Assembly: GCA_026023565.1 (NCBI GenBank) | Contig: JAPETS010000035.1 | Coordinates: 1 to 64,000 of the forward strand | DNA length: 64,000 bases | Source of the DNA: Cirrosporium novae-zelandiae | Taxonomy: Eukaryota | Direction of reading: 5' to 3' | Position numbers and translations under genes: made by a program | Shown: positions 12,616 to 24,783 of the stretch, in pieces | How the letters are laid out: every line of letters begins with the position of its first letter | Position numbering within the stretch: position 1 is the first letter of the stretch | Notes under the pieces: generated by a model | The model's database searches: none | Seen by the model: only the letters and a program-made list of their open reading frames with translations | Told to the model about the DNA's origin: nothing

Positions 12616-14423
12616 ATGGCTGCCAGATCATTGAGAGCACTTTCTTTGCATTCCCGATCGAGTATTCCATTATCACCAGCTTGCAATATTCAATTGACGA
12701 AAAAAGTCGGCATGGCTACCGCAGGAAACTTCAAGGTTCCAATTGTTCAAAATGAGCCGAATGTGGGTTGCACTACTCTTCTCAAATTCCTGAAAGCGTG
12801 TTAATGAAACTTTTATAATAGAAACACTACGCCAAAGGTTCACCAGACCGAGAAGCCCTTGAGGCAGCAGTAGCAGCTTTCAAGCAGAAGGCACCGCTCA
12901 AAATACCTGCCGTAATTGCGGGCCAAGAAGTCAAAACATCCCACACCTTAACCCAGAGCAATCCTGCTTCTCATGCCTCCGCTGTGGCAAGTTTTTCTAA
13001 TGCCGGAGCCGAAGAAGTTACACAAGCAATCGAAGCAGCTCTTGCAGCAAAACCAGCATGGGAGACTCTACCCTTCTCAGATCGTGCAGCCATATTTTTG
13101 AAGGCAGCAGATCTCATCAGTGGCAAGTATAGATATGAGATTATGGCAGCAACAATGGTTGGACAAGGGAAGAATGCATGGCAAGCAGAGATTGATGCAG
13201 CAGCAGAGCTGTGTGATTTCCTTCGGTTCAGTGTTCGATATGCTGAAGAGCTTTATTCGCAACAACCCCCTTACAACTCTAGTGGTATATGGAACAGATT
13301 GGAATATAGAGCTCTTGAGGGCTTTGTATACGCTATTTCACCTTTTAACTTTACTGCTATCGGTGGAAATCTACCTGGTGCGCCAGCATTGATGGGCAAT
13401 GTTGTGTTGTGGAAGCCTTCACCTTCGGCAATGGCATCAAACTACCTCCTCTACAGCATCCTGGTTGAAGCCGGTCTTCCTCCTAATGTAATCCAATTTG
13501 TCCCCGGTGACGCCGAAGAGGTTACCAAAGTGATACTCGACCATACTCAATTCGCAGCCTTGCATTTCACCGGCAGCACATCCGTTTTCCGCTCCTTGTA
13601 TGGGCAGATCGCCCAAGGTGTCGCTTCTGGAAAATACAAGAGCTACCCTCGGATTGTGGGTGAAACCGGCGGCAAGAACTTCCACCTTGTTCATCGATCC
13701 GCCAACCTCCAAAACGCTGTCGTTAACACTATCCGCGGAGCCTTCGAATACCAAGGACAAAAATGTAGTGCCTGCTCCCGTGCCTACGTTCCATCCTCCA
13801 TGTGGCCCCAATTCAAGTCCAAACTAATCGAAGAAACTCAAAAGCTGAAAGTTGGCGATCCAGAGAACTTTGAGAATTTCATTGGTCCAGTCATCCATGA
13901 AGCTTCCTTCAATAAGCTCTCGAAGGTCATTGACGAGGCCAAAAACGACAAGGATCTTCAACTCATTGTCGGTGGCAAATACGACAGCTCCGAAGGTTAT
14001 TTCATCCACCCAACCATTTACGCAACCACAAACCCCTATCACAAACTCTTCTCCACCGAACTCTTCGGTCCTATCCTCGTCGTTTACATTTATCCCGACG
14101 ATGCTCCTGGCTCATTCTCTGCGGTCTGTAATCTAATCGACAATACCTCCGAATACGGTCTCACAGGGGCCGTCTTCTCGACCGACCGCGAAGCCATCCA
14201 CTACGCTGAAGATGCACTCCGCCACTCCGCAGGAAACTTCTACATCAACTGCAAGTGCACTGGCGCAGTGGTGGGACAGCAACCATTTGGAGGTGGAAGA
14301 GCTAGCGGCACAAACGACAAAGCAGGGAGTCCAAACATATTGAGCCGCTTCGTCAGCGTCAGATCCATCAAAGAAGATTTCGTCGGGAGCAACGAAGTCG
14401 AGTACCCCAGCAACGAGGCCTAA
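12616..14423 (+). CDS. PUT2: Mitochondrial delta-1-pyrroline-5-carboxylate dehydrogenase, 2 exons
   Basis: Arg/Ser/Leu presequence, SPFNFTAIG, FTGST, ETGGKN, FEYQGQKCSA, ELFGP, GQQPFGGGRASGTNDKAG. Intron at about 12763-12820. Confidence 0.96.
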
Positions 14424-15946
14424 ATTCACACGTGTGGATGGCCTTGACGACGGAGGAGGGAGTGTATTTTACGTCTTGAAACTGAAATCGGCGAAGAATT
14501 CAGGGTCATTAATGAAGCTTGAAAACCACTTACTAGTAATCCCAGGGGTGCCCTGCCCCGCCCGACTCTTATTCCCTTATGCTGTACGAACAAAGATTTA
14601 AATCCCCCAGACGGAAGTTATCATGGAGTTTTGAAAAAAGAATGCATTGGCCCTTGCGTTTGGTCTTAGGTGGGGGTGGGGGGTGAACAAAACGGGGAAA
14701 TGCGGACATGATATTTATAGCTACATGAACAAATGCAAAAAACTTTTAAAGATAGAAATGCTTTTTTTTTTACCTTGAATCTTGTAGTCGGGAGGGTTCC
14801 AATTTCAATATATTGACTACATACGGGATCACTCACGTGTCACTATACATACGTAGCCCAAGGGAGAGTCTGCATGTTTAAATGCTGCATATTACACAAA
14901 GCACAGCATTAAGCCACTACACTACTCATTAATCCTAGAATTCTTGTTTCAGACCCACTTTTTGACAGGGGCCCTGGTCGTCTGTATTTTAACCAAATAT
15001 TTCCTGTTTCGTTGCTTTTCTTTTATAAGAAATGGAAGATTATGTAGGGAAAGGGAAAGGGGGCGGAAATGGATTTGAAGGTACGGTATAAAGTATGTGG
15101 TTGGGAGTTCTATGTGTGTGGGGGGGGGGGGGTTGTGTGTATGTAAGTGTGTAAAAAGTTCTCCCAAATTAGTTTATTGAAGTGATTTTTACCGTCTTAG
15201 TCTAAGTAGGCAGTCTACCTATCTGGGGGGTTTTTTTCTACTGTACACACATCCAGAAGTGAGTACCGAGGTAGCCATGCTTGATGCTTGCTAAGAACCT
15301 AAGAACTTTGGTAGGCACTGGTAGGTAGGTGGGACATCGGCTTCTATTGCTATTTATTTGTCCACCCAAAGTAAAGCCCTCGGGATAGACTAAATTGTTT
15401 CATTTTATTTTATTTTGGTGTTATATTGGCTCTCGCTTCGGCTTGTCGAGGTTCAGGTTTGATTTCTAGGCCGAGGAGCTGAGGAGGAGAACTTGTATAT
15501 TATGCAAGGCTAAAAAAATACCTAATAGTTAATAACATCCAGCCGCAACAACGGAGTACCTAGGTAGGTAAGTGTTTCCTAGGTTTGTAAGGCCGTGTGT
15601 GCGTGAGCGATAGATAATTATCTACGGGGGCTACAGTAGAACAAAATCCCCAAAGAGTTATTATTAACATTATTTCCTCTCTAATTATCGAACCAAAGCT
15701 ATTATCCCCAATTGATTGATTGATTATCCGTCTCTTGTTCAAAAAAAAAAAAAAGGGAGACCGTCTATCCATAAGTGACCGAAGAATGGAAAGTGAGGTT
15801 AGGTTCCCCTACTCAAAAAAGGGGGAGGGGATTCAATAAGGAAGGCTATGTTCCCTCGCATTGATGACGACGATTGATTTCATTATCCGCATGTCTCCCT
15901 TTAGGTTATAACAGCCATTATACTCCCCTCACATTCCCAGTCTTAT

Positions 15947-17523
15947 TTACCTCCCCACAGGCACAGCTGCAACAGCCCAATTATCCCCCAAGAAAGTCCT
16001 AATAAAGTCCGTAATACCATGTCTAGCCATCTGTCCCCAAACATGAATTTCCTGTCCCCCTTCGGTCGTGTTCAGCACCACGGATGCTAGCTTCGTGCCC
16101 GGTAGTAGGGGGGAGGAGCTGACTTCGTAGGTGTTGGTGAGGGTGCTGTTTTCAGCGTTGCCGAAGACTACGAGCTCGTTGATGGCGTTTGAGGGTTCTT
16201 GGTAGTGGACGTTGTTGGAGTCGTTGAATTTTATGGCGCTAATGGCGCTGTTGGGGCGGATGGTGGGGTGGGTGAGTTCTGGAGGTAAGAGAGAGGGAGG
16301 GGGTTAGTAAGCTTTCCGAAGGGATATATGAGGGATGTTTGAACCTACGTGTAACCCATGTTCCGACTGGATGGTTGGATTTATTAGCACTTAAATCGTA
16401 ATCGTACCATCTCTGCTGCAGCTGTCCAGCCTTGTTCAATAACCACACGTTTGTGATGCTCAGACCGCGTACGGTGCATTCGCATCCGCCATCTGCGTTG
16501 CTGTCGGGGAATGTATACCCTTTTCTCCATGTCGTGTCAATAGAGGGGTTGTATGTAAGCTCTTGGACAGAACCACTCTCGGAACCGTAGTAGAGGTGGA
16601 TGCCAAAGGGATCACCATACCAGTGATAATTAACGCAGGCAGTTAGGCCAGCATGAGGACTGGACGAGACGGAGAATCGACCCAGATTGAGGGTACCTGA
16701 TGAGATTGGTTAGTTTTGTTTTTCTTGGGAGCAAGGATACAAAAGGCAGGAGAGGTTAAAACGCGCCTGAAGTCCAGCCGGGAGTTTTATTTGAGTTGAT
16801 CGATTCTTGAAGGAGGTTTTGTTTGTCCACATAGAAAAGACGCCACTAGTTGTATCGTCCAATCAGAAATATAAAGTTACAATATCGGATATTTAACCAC
16901 GTACAATAAGTTCGTCGCCAGACACATAACTGAGAGCCATAAGAGGGGTTCCGTCACGAGGGTTGATAGTATCAACGATATCTTTCTTAGTGCCACTGGA
17001 AAATGTAAAAAGACTAGTTATTATAGATCTTCATTTAATCGCTATCGGCTCACCCAGAGTAACCTCCTTCATTACGACGAGTTTCACGGATTGTTCCATC
17101 GTGGTGTTGAAAGTATAGCGTAACGGTCGACGATCCATTCTGAAAATCTAACGCGACAACACCGGTGCCATTTAGTGTCCCTGTAATACTTTTGAAACGC
17201 TCTGTTAGGCCCACCGCAAGGCCAATAGCAAGTGCGATGATAATAATAACTCCTAGAAAGTAATATCGAAGCCTCCATAGTTTCGTTTTCCATCCCAGTA
17301 ACTTGGGAGTTATCTGTCCTACCTCGAGATTATTACTAGGTGCGGGGACCACGTATAACGGGGCGGCTTCAGATGGTAATGCATCGCGCTTATTTTTTTG
17401 ATCCTCTTCATCTGATCGACCTGGCTGTCTTTCATTTGTGGTTTGCCTTTCATGTGTCATTGGAGGCTCCTCCAAAGGACTAATGTCCGTATTGGTCCCT
17501 AGAGTGACTTGCTGCGAAGGCAT
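15947..17523 (-). CDS. Single-pass membrane protein with a fungal fucose-specific-lectin-like beta-propeller ectodomain, about 5 exons
   Basis: Disordered N-terminus and TM helix FLGVIIIIALAIGLAVGL. Blade-like repeats LYFQHHDGTIRE, WRLFYVDKQNLLQE, IHLYYGSESGSVQEL, IHVWGQ. Ends AVPVGR* at 15947-15949. Fold assignment is inferred. Confidence 0.65.
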
Positions 17524-19160
17524 TTTTAAGGGTACCTGCGTAGCTAGAGATATCCGACCCAGTCTCGCTGTGGCCAGTAGTGTAGGAGCCTGATATCACT
17601 CCAGCGGAGAGTAGAAATGCTCGTAGAATTCCCGGAAAAAAGTGTCATTGACGGCATGCCGTTTGATGAAGGTTGTGATAGAAAGGAATTGACAGAGAAA
17701 ATGAAAATGAAAATGAAATAGAAACATCAGGGAATATGTGATGTATGTGATGAGAAAGAAATATTGATGATAAGGCTGCAGTTGCAATCGATCAGCAGAG
17801 CAAATCATGATGGCCATATAGCGAAACAATAACTATAGTACAAGATATCTAAATTGGTGGCACTGTGTTTACAGACATTTGATTTGACTGTTCGCGAGGG
17901 ACCTCGTTTAGGGAATACGGGCTTGAAGAACCGGGCAATAGATCAACAACCCATCCACGACATGGCACAACATGAGGGACAAGGCTGCGACGGTAGACCC
18001 GCGACTAGGGGTGCAACATTAAGTGCAGATGAAATTTCCCTCTTTATGCAGGAGCAACTGTTAGATATTCTCCAGAGATTTGGTAAGTTCAATTCAATGA
18101 TTTATATCTCCTAGAAAAACAGGCCAAGGTGGTCTATGCATGGTGTTGCTAAGATATAATCATGCACTCTCTTCCTCAAGACTTAAATCATGGCTAAAAG
18201 AAATATAATGGAGCAATGATGGTGGTAGGCACGGGAGAAATACAAGCATCTCTATTTGCTCTTTCTATCGACTTGCAGATATCTCGGATTTCCGGCTTTT
18301 GCAGAGACCGCAATACAAGGAAGCATTGGCGAATGGCTCTCTCGGTGATTGGGCTGATTGATGCTTGGGGGGTTATTTATAAGCTGCAAGGGAAGGGAGA
18401 TGGGATCATGGATCATGAAGGATCAACTTAGCCCTTTTGATTGCGACGATGGGAACAACAGGCAGACAGAAAAGAGTTTTTGTCAGCCACGTTGGAAGGA
18501 AGACAGAGATGAATATATTTATTTGATCGAATGATATCAATATTAACTCTGGTGGCAAGAGAGCAAGGTGACAACGAAGGGTAAGTATGGAGGAAGCTGA
18601 GATAATTTGGGCGCAAGGAAACGCGCGTACGACTTACAGGTGTAGCTACAACCTAAAAATTTATTCAAAATCCCCCATACGATGAAGTCATCAAAGTCAC
18701 AAAGTACCTCGTCAGGAACCATACGGAAACCTCCATACAAACAGTCATTTCTGTCAGCTGCCTCCACTTCCTCCAAGTCAAGAAAGGCCCATGGGAATCC
18801 CAAGAAAAGTCAAGAAGAATTTTGGCGTTTACTCAGCACTCTCAGCTCATCCATTGGCCTTAACCCTCTTTTTTAATCGTCCAAGTGTCTCCATGAACAA
18901 CGCAATACCTGAAGCTTCTCGGTCTCCGAAATCTGGGGAGAAATCTCGCCGAGCCTACCATTGACGTCTGGGTTGTGTAGAGTCTCTGCAGGCCGAGGAA
19001 TCACCAGGTGTAAGATGACCCAAAGGAATGACAATCAAAGTCTTTTATAAGAGATGGCCAGAGACCATATTCCTTTTGATATTTGGTCAAGATTCAAGGT
19101 TGCGGATTTTGTCAAATCTTATAAAAAAAAGCAATTAATTACCCATTTGATCTATATATT

Positions 19161-19197
19161 TAACGGATATCTAACGGGCAATTAACGGGCAATTAAT
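19161..19197 (+). repeat. 11-bp tandem repeat with TAACGG core (about 3 copies)
   Basis: taacggatatc/taacgggcaat/taacgggcaat/taat immediately upstream of ATG 19203. Confidence 0.7.
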
Positions 19198-19202
19198 TCA
19201 AT

Positions 19203-19977
19203 ATGATGTTGACACGTGCGATTGTTGCGCCTGCACTCTCGGCCCTCCTCTTCACCTCTCTCGCAAGCGCTGGTCATGGAGGCCAAGGTGGTATGGGTCC
19301 TGGCTGGTTCGATGACTGCTGGGGGCTTTGCTATGATGATACCAATGGGTACTATGGTTGCGCCTCGCAGACCTCTTGTACGTGAAGGCGCCCTTTAGAT
19401 TCAGCTTCAAGGATTGCTAAGACTATGTCTAGGTCAAAGTCTGAGTGTCTTCACAACTACCGAAACCAGTGGAACCGCAACCTCTACCCTCGTTTATCCC
19501 GAAATTACGAGAGTGATGGAGACCTCGACCGACTCCGCTGGTAATGTCGGCATGGTTGGCTACCCCATCTTTGTATACCCAACCACTACCAGTACCGGTA
19601 GCACCGGCACATGGACATGGACTGGCAGCTATTGGAGTGATTGGTGGGGCACTAACTGCTACTCCCACACAAACGGAGGCCCATGGGGAGGACACTGGGC
19701 CTCTGCCTGGACCGGAACTACCTGGACTTGCACAGGCACTGCGCCGACAACTACCGCAACTCCAGCTTCAAACAGCGCTTCAGCAACTTCATCAACGACC
19801 TTGCCTGCAGGAATCAAGATCGTCTCGACGACTATTGATCAGGATGCCCAGACAACCTCGACTAGCTCGTCCGATTCGTCATCTGGTGCTAGCATCAATA
19901 CCTCTCCATTTGGCGATGGTATGAAAGCCTTGACTGGCTTGGCCATTTGCTTGGCTGGGAGTGTTTTCCTGCTCTGA
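19203..19977 (+). CDS. Secreted Gly/Trp/Thr-rich, probably GPI-anchored cell-surface protein, 2 exons
   Basis: Signal peptide and Cys-containing N-terminal segment. Intron gtacgt..gctaag..ctag (about 19378-19432) joins ORFs 19203 and 19414 in frame. S/T stalk and hydrophobic tail LAICLAGSVFLL. Confidence 0.78.
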
Positions 19978-20366
19978 AAATCTTAACTGTTTGAAAATAT
20001 TTTAACATTGCGACACCTGCATGCCCATGGGTGTTATTTGGGTTTCAGGTTACGGGTTGCTTTTTCATGACATTATGAATCGGAACGGATGGGGACGCAG
20101 GCTTCATGAGAACGACATTCGCTAGATCAGGATTATGATGGGTAGAATGTGATGGATATAGTATGGCTGCCATAAGGTTAATATGCAAACTACGAGTTCC
20201 CACCTAAATATATTGTGCCTTAATAAACTGTTGAGTACTACTCACCCGATAACTTCCTCGTGTTTCTCTCGCAGGTATAGCATGCCCACGATGTCCACAA
20301 GGTTTTTATTAAGCTGGATGCATAATTTCAGTTATACCATCCCTTTCCAATTTTTCAATCTACATC

Positions 20367-21298
20367 CTACTCAGCCTTCCCCGACGACCCCAGCCAATCC
20401 ATCATCCTCTCCATTTTCTCCTGCATCTTTGCTGTCCCCGCCTCCATAACCCCACTGATTGTTGCTTTCCCAGCCATCTCCTTCATCACACCTACATACT
20501 CCAGATTCATCTCCTTATTAATATTCGCCTTCGTAATGCCACCCTCGATGCACTTTTTATAAATCTCCTCTGTGAATGTATCCGTCCCATGCAGCACCAG
20601 CCTCACCCTATCTCCAACCGCTTTATTGACCTCCTCCAGCCGATTATACTCTAGCTGTACGCCCCGGGATCCATAACTCCCGTGCACGTTCCCAAAGGCG
20701 GGGGCTAACCAGTCAATTCCAGTATCAACAAATTCCCTCGCCTCCTCCGGTCTGGTTAGTAAGCCCTCCAAATCGGCCGTATCCTTAAGCCCATCCTCAC
20801 CTCCCTCGATGCGGCCTGGCTCTGCCTCCGTCGCAATACCTCTTTCATTACAATATGCCACAAGCTCTTTTGTCTTTGCTAGATTCTCTTCTTTGTCGTA
20901 GTGGCTCATGTCAATCATGATACTATCGAATTTGCCTGTGTCTGCAGCTCGGCGCACGATCTCGGGTTCCTGCGCGTGGTCTAGGTGTAGAGTTATAGGG
21001 ACGGAGGCAGAGCGGCAGGCGTCGGCGGCGAAGTTGACGAGGAGATTGTTGGCGTAGGTGAAGGCCCAGGGGAAGAGGAGGATCATAGCTGGAGATCGTT
21101 TGCACTCAGATGCGCGGACAACGGCAAGTATGCCTTCGAGGTTGTACTGTGAGGACGGTAAGCTTGGCTTATATAGTACGGGAAGGGAGGGGGGGGAGGG
21201 GGGGGGCATACGCAACAGACGGCGGGGACAGCATAATATCCTTTTGCCGCGGCATCAAGGATTGCGATAGCCTTATTATCTTTCAGAGAAGACATCAT
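20367..21298 (-). CDS. Class II (Zn) ketose/fructose-bisphosphate aldolase-like protein, 2 exons
   Basis: YAVPAVCC|YNLEG, LHLDH, MIDMSH, EAEPGRIEGGED, LAPAFGNVHGSY, LVLHG, KANIN. Confidence 0.92.
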
Positions 21299-22883
21299 CC
21301 TCGTAGCTGTGCTGTGCTGGATAGTTTGGAAATTGTTAGTAGTCTCGAGGAATTGACTGATGTGAGATAGCAGGCAAAGAAAAAATGCAATAAGGTAAAT
21401 AGTATATTTTTCCAAGCAAAAGGGAAACAGATAGATGCCTATGTACACGACGATAATGATATGATATCGAGCGGAATACCCCACCCCCTCTTCCCCAATA
21501 CATTATCGTCACCAAAGGTAGATCGATCATCTCAATTGAAACCCCACGCAATCAACAAGCTCACCCACCATGCCCACACCCGAAACAAGCCCGGGTCGGT
21601 CCATCACCCTCCGACTACAATTGCCATGCAAACACACCAAACAAACAACCTCCCCAAAAATTTCCACCCACGCACAGACCACACTCCACCCTATAAAATT
21701 CCACCACTCCTCACCAACCTTTCCTTTCTCTTTTCTCTTTTTTTTCCTCATCATCAGTAGTGGTTATGATCTCCATAACCTCAACGGAAGCTCCAGAACC
21801 TTCGTGTCTGGCTTGCTGAGGGTTCTCCTTGTTTTCTTTTTCCTTTTCCTTTTTTTAGGATTGGATCTAATTAACTAGGTGGATTGTCCTCCGTTCCCGG
21901 CTTCCCAGAGTAAGAGAAATTTATTTTTCGAGGTGCTTGTCCTTCCCATATAGCTGCGTGTCTGCTGAAAGGCGATGATGCGGAGTTATGGGATGGGCGC
22001 TACATATCTTTATGTTTGACCTTACCTGTGTATTTTTTTTGTATGTGTGAGGGGGGTTGTAGATTAGAGATTTCTATGTCTGGTGAGGCTCTTGCCTAGT
22101 GGTATGAAGTCGCCAGACCAGGTATTTAGAAATCGAAATTTTCACCTCCTCAATACTACCTATGTCAGAATGACATTTGTGGTCTTGCTCCACATCTAGT
22201 AAACACCATAAACAATGACAATATTTTCACCCTCTAAACACCAGTGAGCTATCCATCCACACATCCACACATCCACACGTAGAAACAATCTCTTAACCGC
22301 ACCTCGAGTAACTTTACAACTTCTCGAAAATTTCAAACTCTCATTCTACCGCTTCTTCACCTTGCCTTTCGTCCAAGGATTCAGTGGATGGTCTCGATGG
22401 CTGCTTACCTACCTACCTACCTACCTAATATAACTACTCGGAGGAGATTATATACAGGAATGATTGCAATAGATATCCTGGTGTGCCTACTGTAGACGGT
22501 TGACTGTGCGTGTATCTTTTCAGCCCTATAGATCTATGTCCTGCCATCTTATCAGATTGATTGGCTTGGTCTTAATTAGTACCTATAGATTTACAGTATC
22601 TGTCTACAAGTATATACATATATGTTATGTAGACTGTAGTCTATATTCGTGGTAATTTACAGCGTTTTAATTCTGAACGGTTCAGGCAAAGGTACTTAGA
22701 TAATTAATCGGCCAAACACTTATATATAAATTACTATCAACTACTTAGGTACCTAGGAATCTAGAAATGGATCGTAGTTAGTCTAATTCGCTCTTGTTTT
22801 ATTTTGATTTTTTTAAGAGAGTTCGCTTGGTTTTTTGGCGCTAAGCTAGATAGCTATAGCTACTTATAAACCTCTAGTTAGCA

Positions 22884-22905
22884 GCAACAACAACAACAAC
22901 AACAA
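22884..22905 (+). repeat. (CAA)n microsatellite
   Basis: caacaacaacaacaacaacaa. Confidence 0.85.
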
Positions 22906-23067
22906 ATTCATACCCAACCTAGATTTGTTAGGTCAACGTATCAATAATGACATAGAAATGATCGCGTTGTTTTTTTTCCGTGGAAGTGGGCTGCTTAAGC
23001 CATGTGTCTTTTGTCCACGATGAAGCAAGGGCTGTCGAAATTTCTTGTCGGGTTGAAGATAGCAAAA

Positions 23068-24306
23068 TCAACCTCGACTGTGCCTCCGGTCTTTCAAGGG
23101 ATCCACTTCTGAAGGGATTTGGGGAAGGTTGACTAATTGCCTATTCACCTTTTCTATGTCCCATATCCATGGACCAGCACCGCCCAACCCATTTGGATCA
23201 CGGTTGGGGGCGTCCTTCTCAACCCATTCCCGCAGCGCCGCATCATCTAAGCTGGGATTATTTACCGCGTAAACCTTTTTGATTATTTCCCATCCCTCTA
23301 TGCCGCCAGCATCCTCCACCGGCCCATGACCTTCCCCGGCCACGCAAAAAGCTTTGTTTGCTGATTCATATCCCTGTCCAATCATCTCCACATCATGACT
23401 CCACTTATCTCCAAGGTCATATAAATAGTCAATCTCGATATCTTTGTGAGCATACTCCTTACTTCCAAAAATAACAGAAATATTAACTTTTTGGCTTTTG
23501 AGAACCCTTTGAGGCCAATCAGATGTAGGAAGACATTGGTCAAGAGTGGATATTTCCAAATCCACCCCTCGCTCTTCTTCCAAGGTGAAATAGTCAATGA
23601 TATCGATGACGTATCTATAAGCCATCGTCCAACCAAAGGAGAGCTGGATGGCTTGGTGAAGTTGATGAAAATTCCAGCCATTTGGAATTGACAGAATGCG
23701 GTAGATTTCTGGGTTTCTGCTTCCGCGGAGAGTAACTCGGAGGAGGTAGTTTGGTAACGAGGGCTCTGCCGGAGTGGCCGCAGAGACTCCAGAAGCTATA
23801 GGGTTCCTAGAAGTCATAGGGCTATCAAGGTCTATTGGGCTCTCAGAAGCTATAGGGCTCCCAGAATTGATAGGGCTATCAAGATCTATTGGGCTCTCAG
23901 AAGCTATAGGGCTTCCAGAATTGATAAGGCTTTCAAGATCTATTGGGCTCTCAGAATTGATAGGGCTTTCAAGATCTATAGGGCTCTCAGAAGCTATAGG
24001 GCTCCTAGAATTGATAGGGCTTTCAAGATCTATAGGGCTCCCAGAAGGTATAGGACTCCTAAAAGGTATAAGGTTCCTAAAAGGTATAGAGCTCCCAGAA
24101 GCCATAGGGCTTTCAAGATCCATAGGGCTCCTAAAAGATATAGGGCTCCCAGAAGCCATAGGGCTCCTAAAAGGTATAGAGCTCCCAGAAGCTATAGGGC
24201 TTTCAAGATCTATAGGGCTCCTAAAAGGTATAGGGCTCCCAGAAGAACTTATATAGATCGCAGTCGGGTTACTTCTGGCTGCTGCTTTGGGTTTCTTCTC
24301 TGACAT
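23068..24306 (-). CDS. PRiA4b ORF3-like (MM3350-like) domain protein with an N-terminal hexapeptide repeat tract, intronless
   Basis: YLLRVTLRGSRNPEIYRILSIP..FHQLHQAIQLSFGW..YLYDLGDKWSHDV..CVAGEGHGPVEDAGGIEGW matches this family's pattern from memory. Confidence 0.82.
   Translation of the reverse strand: MSEKKPKAAARSNPTAIYISSSGSPIPFRSPIDLESPIASGSSIPFRSPMASGSPISFRSPMDLESPMASGSSIPFRNLIPFRSPIPSGSPIDLESPINSRSPIASESPIDLESPINSESPIDLESLINSGSPIASESPIDLDSPINSGSPIASESPIDLDSPMTSRNPIASGVSAATPAEPSLPNYLLRVTLRGSRNPEIYRILSIPNGWNFHQLHQAIQLSFGWTMAYRYVIDIIDYFTLEEERGVDLEISTLDQCLPTSDWPQRVLKSQKVNISVIFGSKEYAHKDIEIDYLYDLGDKWSHDVEMIGQGYESANKAFCVAGEGHGPVEDAGGIEGWEIIKKVYAVNNPSLDDAALREWVEKDAPNRDPNGLGGAGPWIWDIEKVNRQLVNLPQIPSEVDPLKDRRHSRG
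23788..24237 (-). repeat. Coding minisatellite: 25 x 18 bp encoding S-P-[IM]-x-x-x
   Basis: Units SPIDLE, SPIASG, SPIPFR, SPINSG etc., counted from the translated ORF. Confidence 0.95.
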
Positions 24307-24550
24307 GTTGATGTTCTGATGATGGGCTTCCCTAAAAGATGGTATTATTAAAAAGACCTTGCTTTACTGTAACTTGTAGGACATGCACAATCCTGATAGT
24401 AGATCAATAGAAACAAGTTATTTAACTGGAAGGCAGGTGTTGCAGTACAATTATGGGTTAATGAAAGGCAAAAAATAAGCCCATGAGATTCTTAGATGTT
24501 TGGAAAATTGGGAAATATTAGGGATGATTTATGTACCCTGGACTCATGAG

Positions 24551-24616
24551 GAAGTTCCGAGAGAAGTCCCAAAGGAAGTCCCAAAGGAAGCCCCAAAGGA
24601 AGTCCCAAAGGAAGTC
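24551..24616 (+). repeat. 12-bp tandem repeat GAAGTCCCAAAG (about 5.5 copies)
   Basis: gaagttccgaga, gaagtcccaaag x2, gaagccccaaag, gaagtcccaaag, gaagtc. Confidence 0.9.
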
Positions 24617-24783
24617 GCATTGTCTACAACACTCGAGAGGTATATTCTAATGACATTCGGCAATAGCCCTCAAAGTATGTAATTGTTTGTTTGTATGCAC
24701 CCTTCTCTACATGGTAGACAACTAAGTGCATAACTACCCGACGTTAATGAATTTAGGTTTAATGGCTCGGTCGGAAGTCCAAC

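Noticed and set aside
17596..18876. Short ORFs between the lectin-like and GPI genes
   Set aside because: No recognisable motifs or consistent splice structure; probably divergent promoter DNA.
23788..24616. CRISPR-like array
   Set aside because: Repeats are contiguous with no unique spacers; eukaryotic context and no cas genes.
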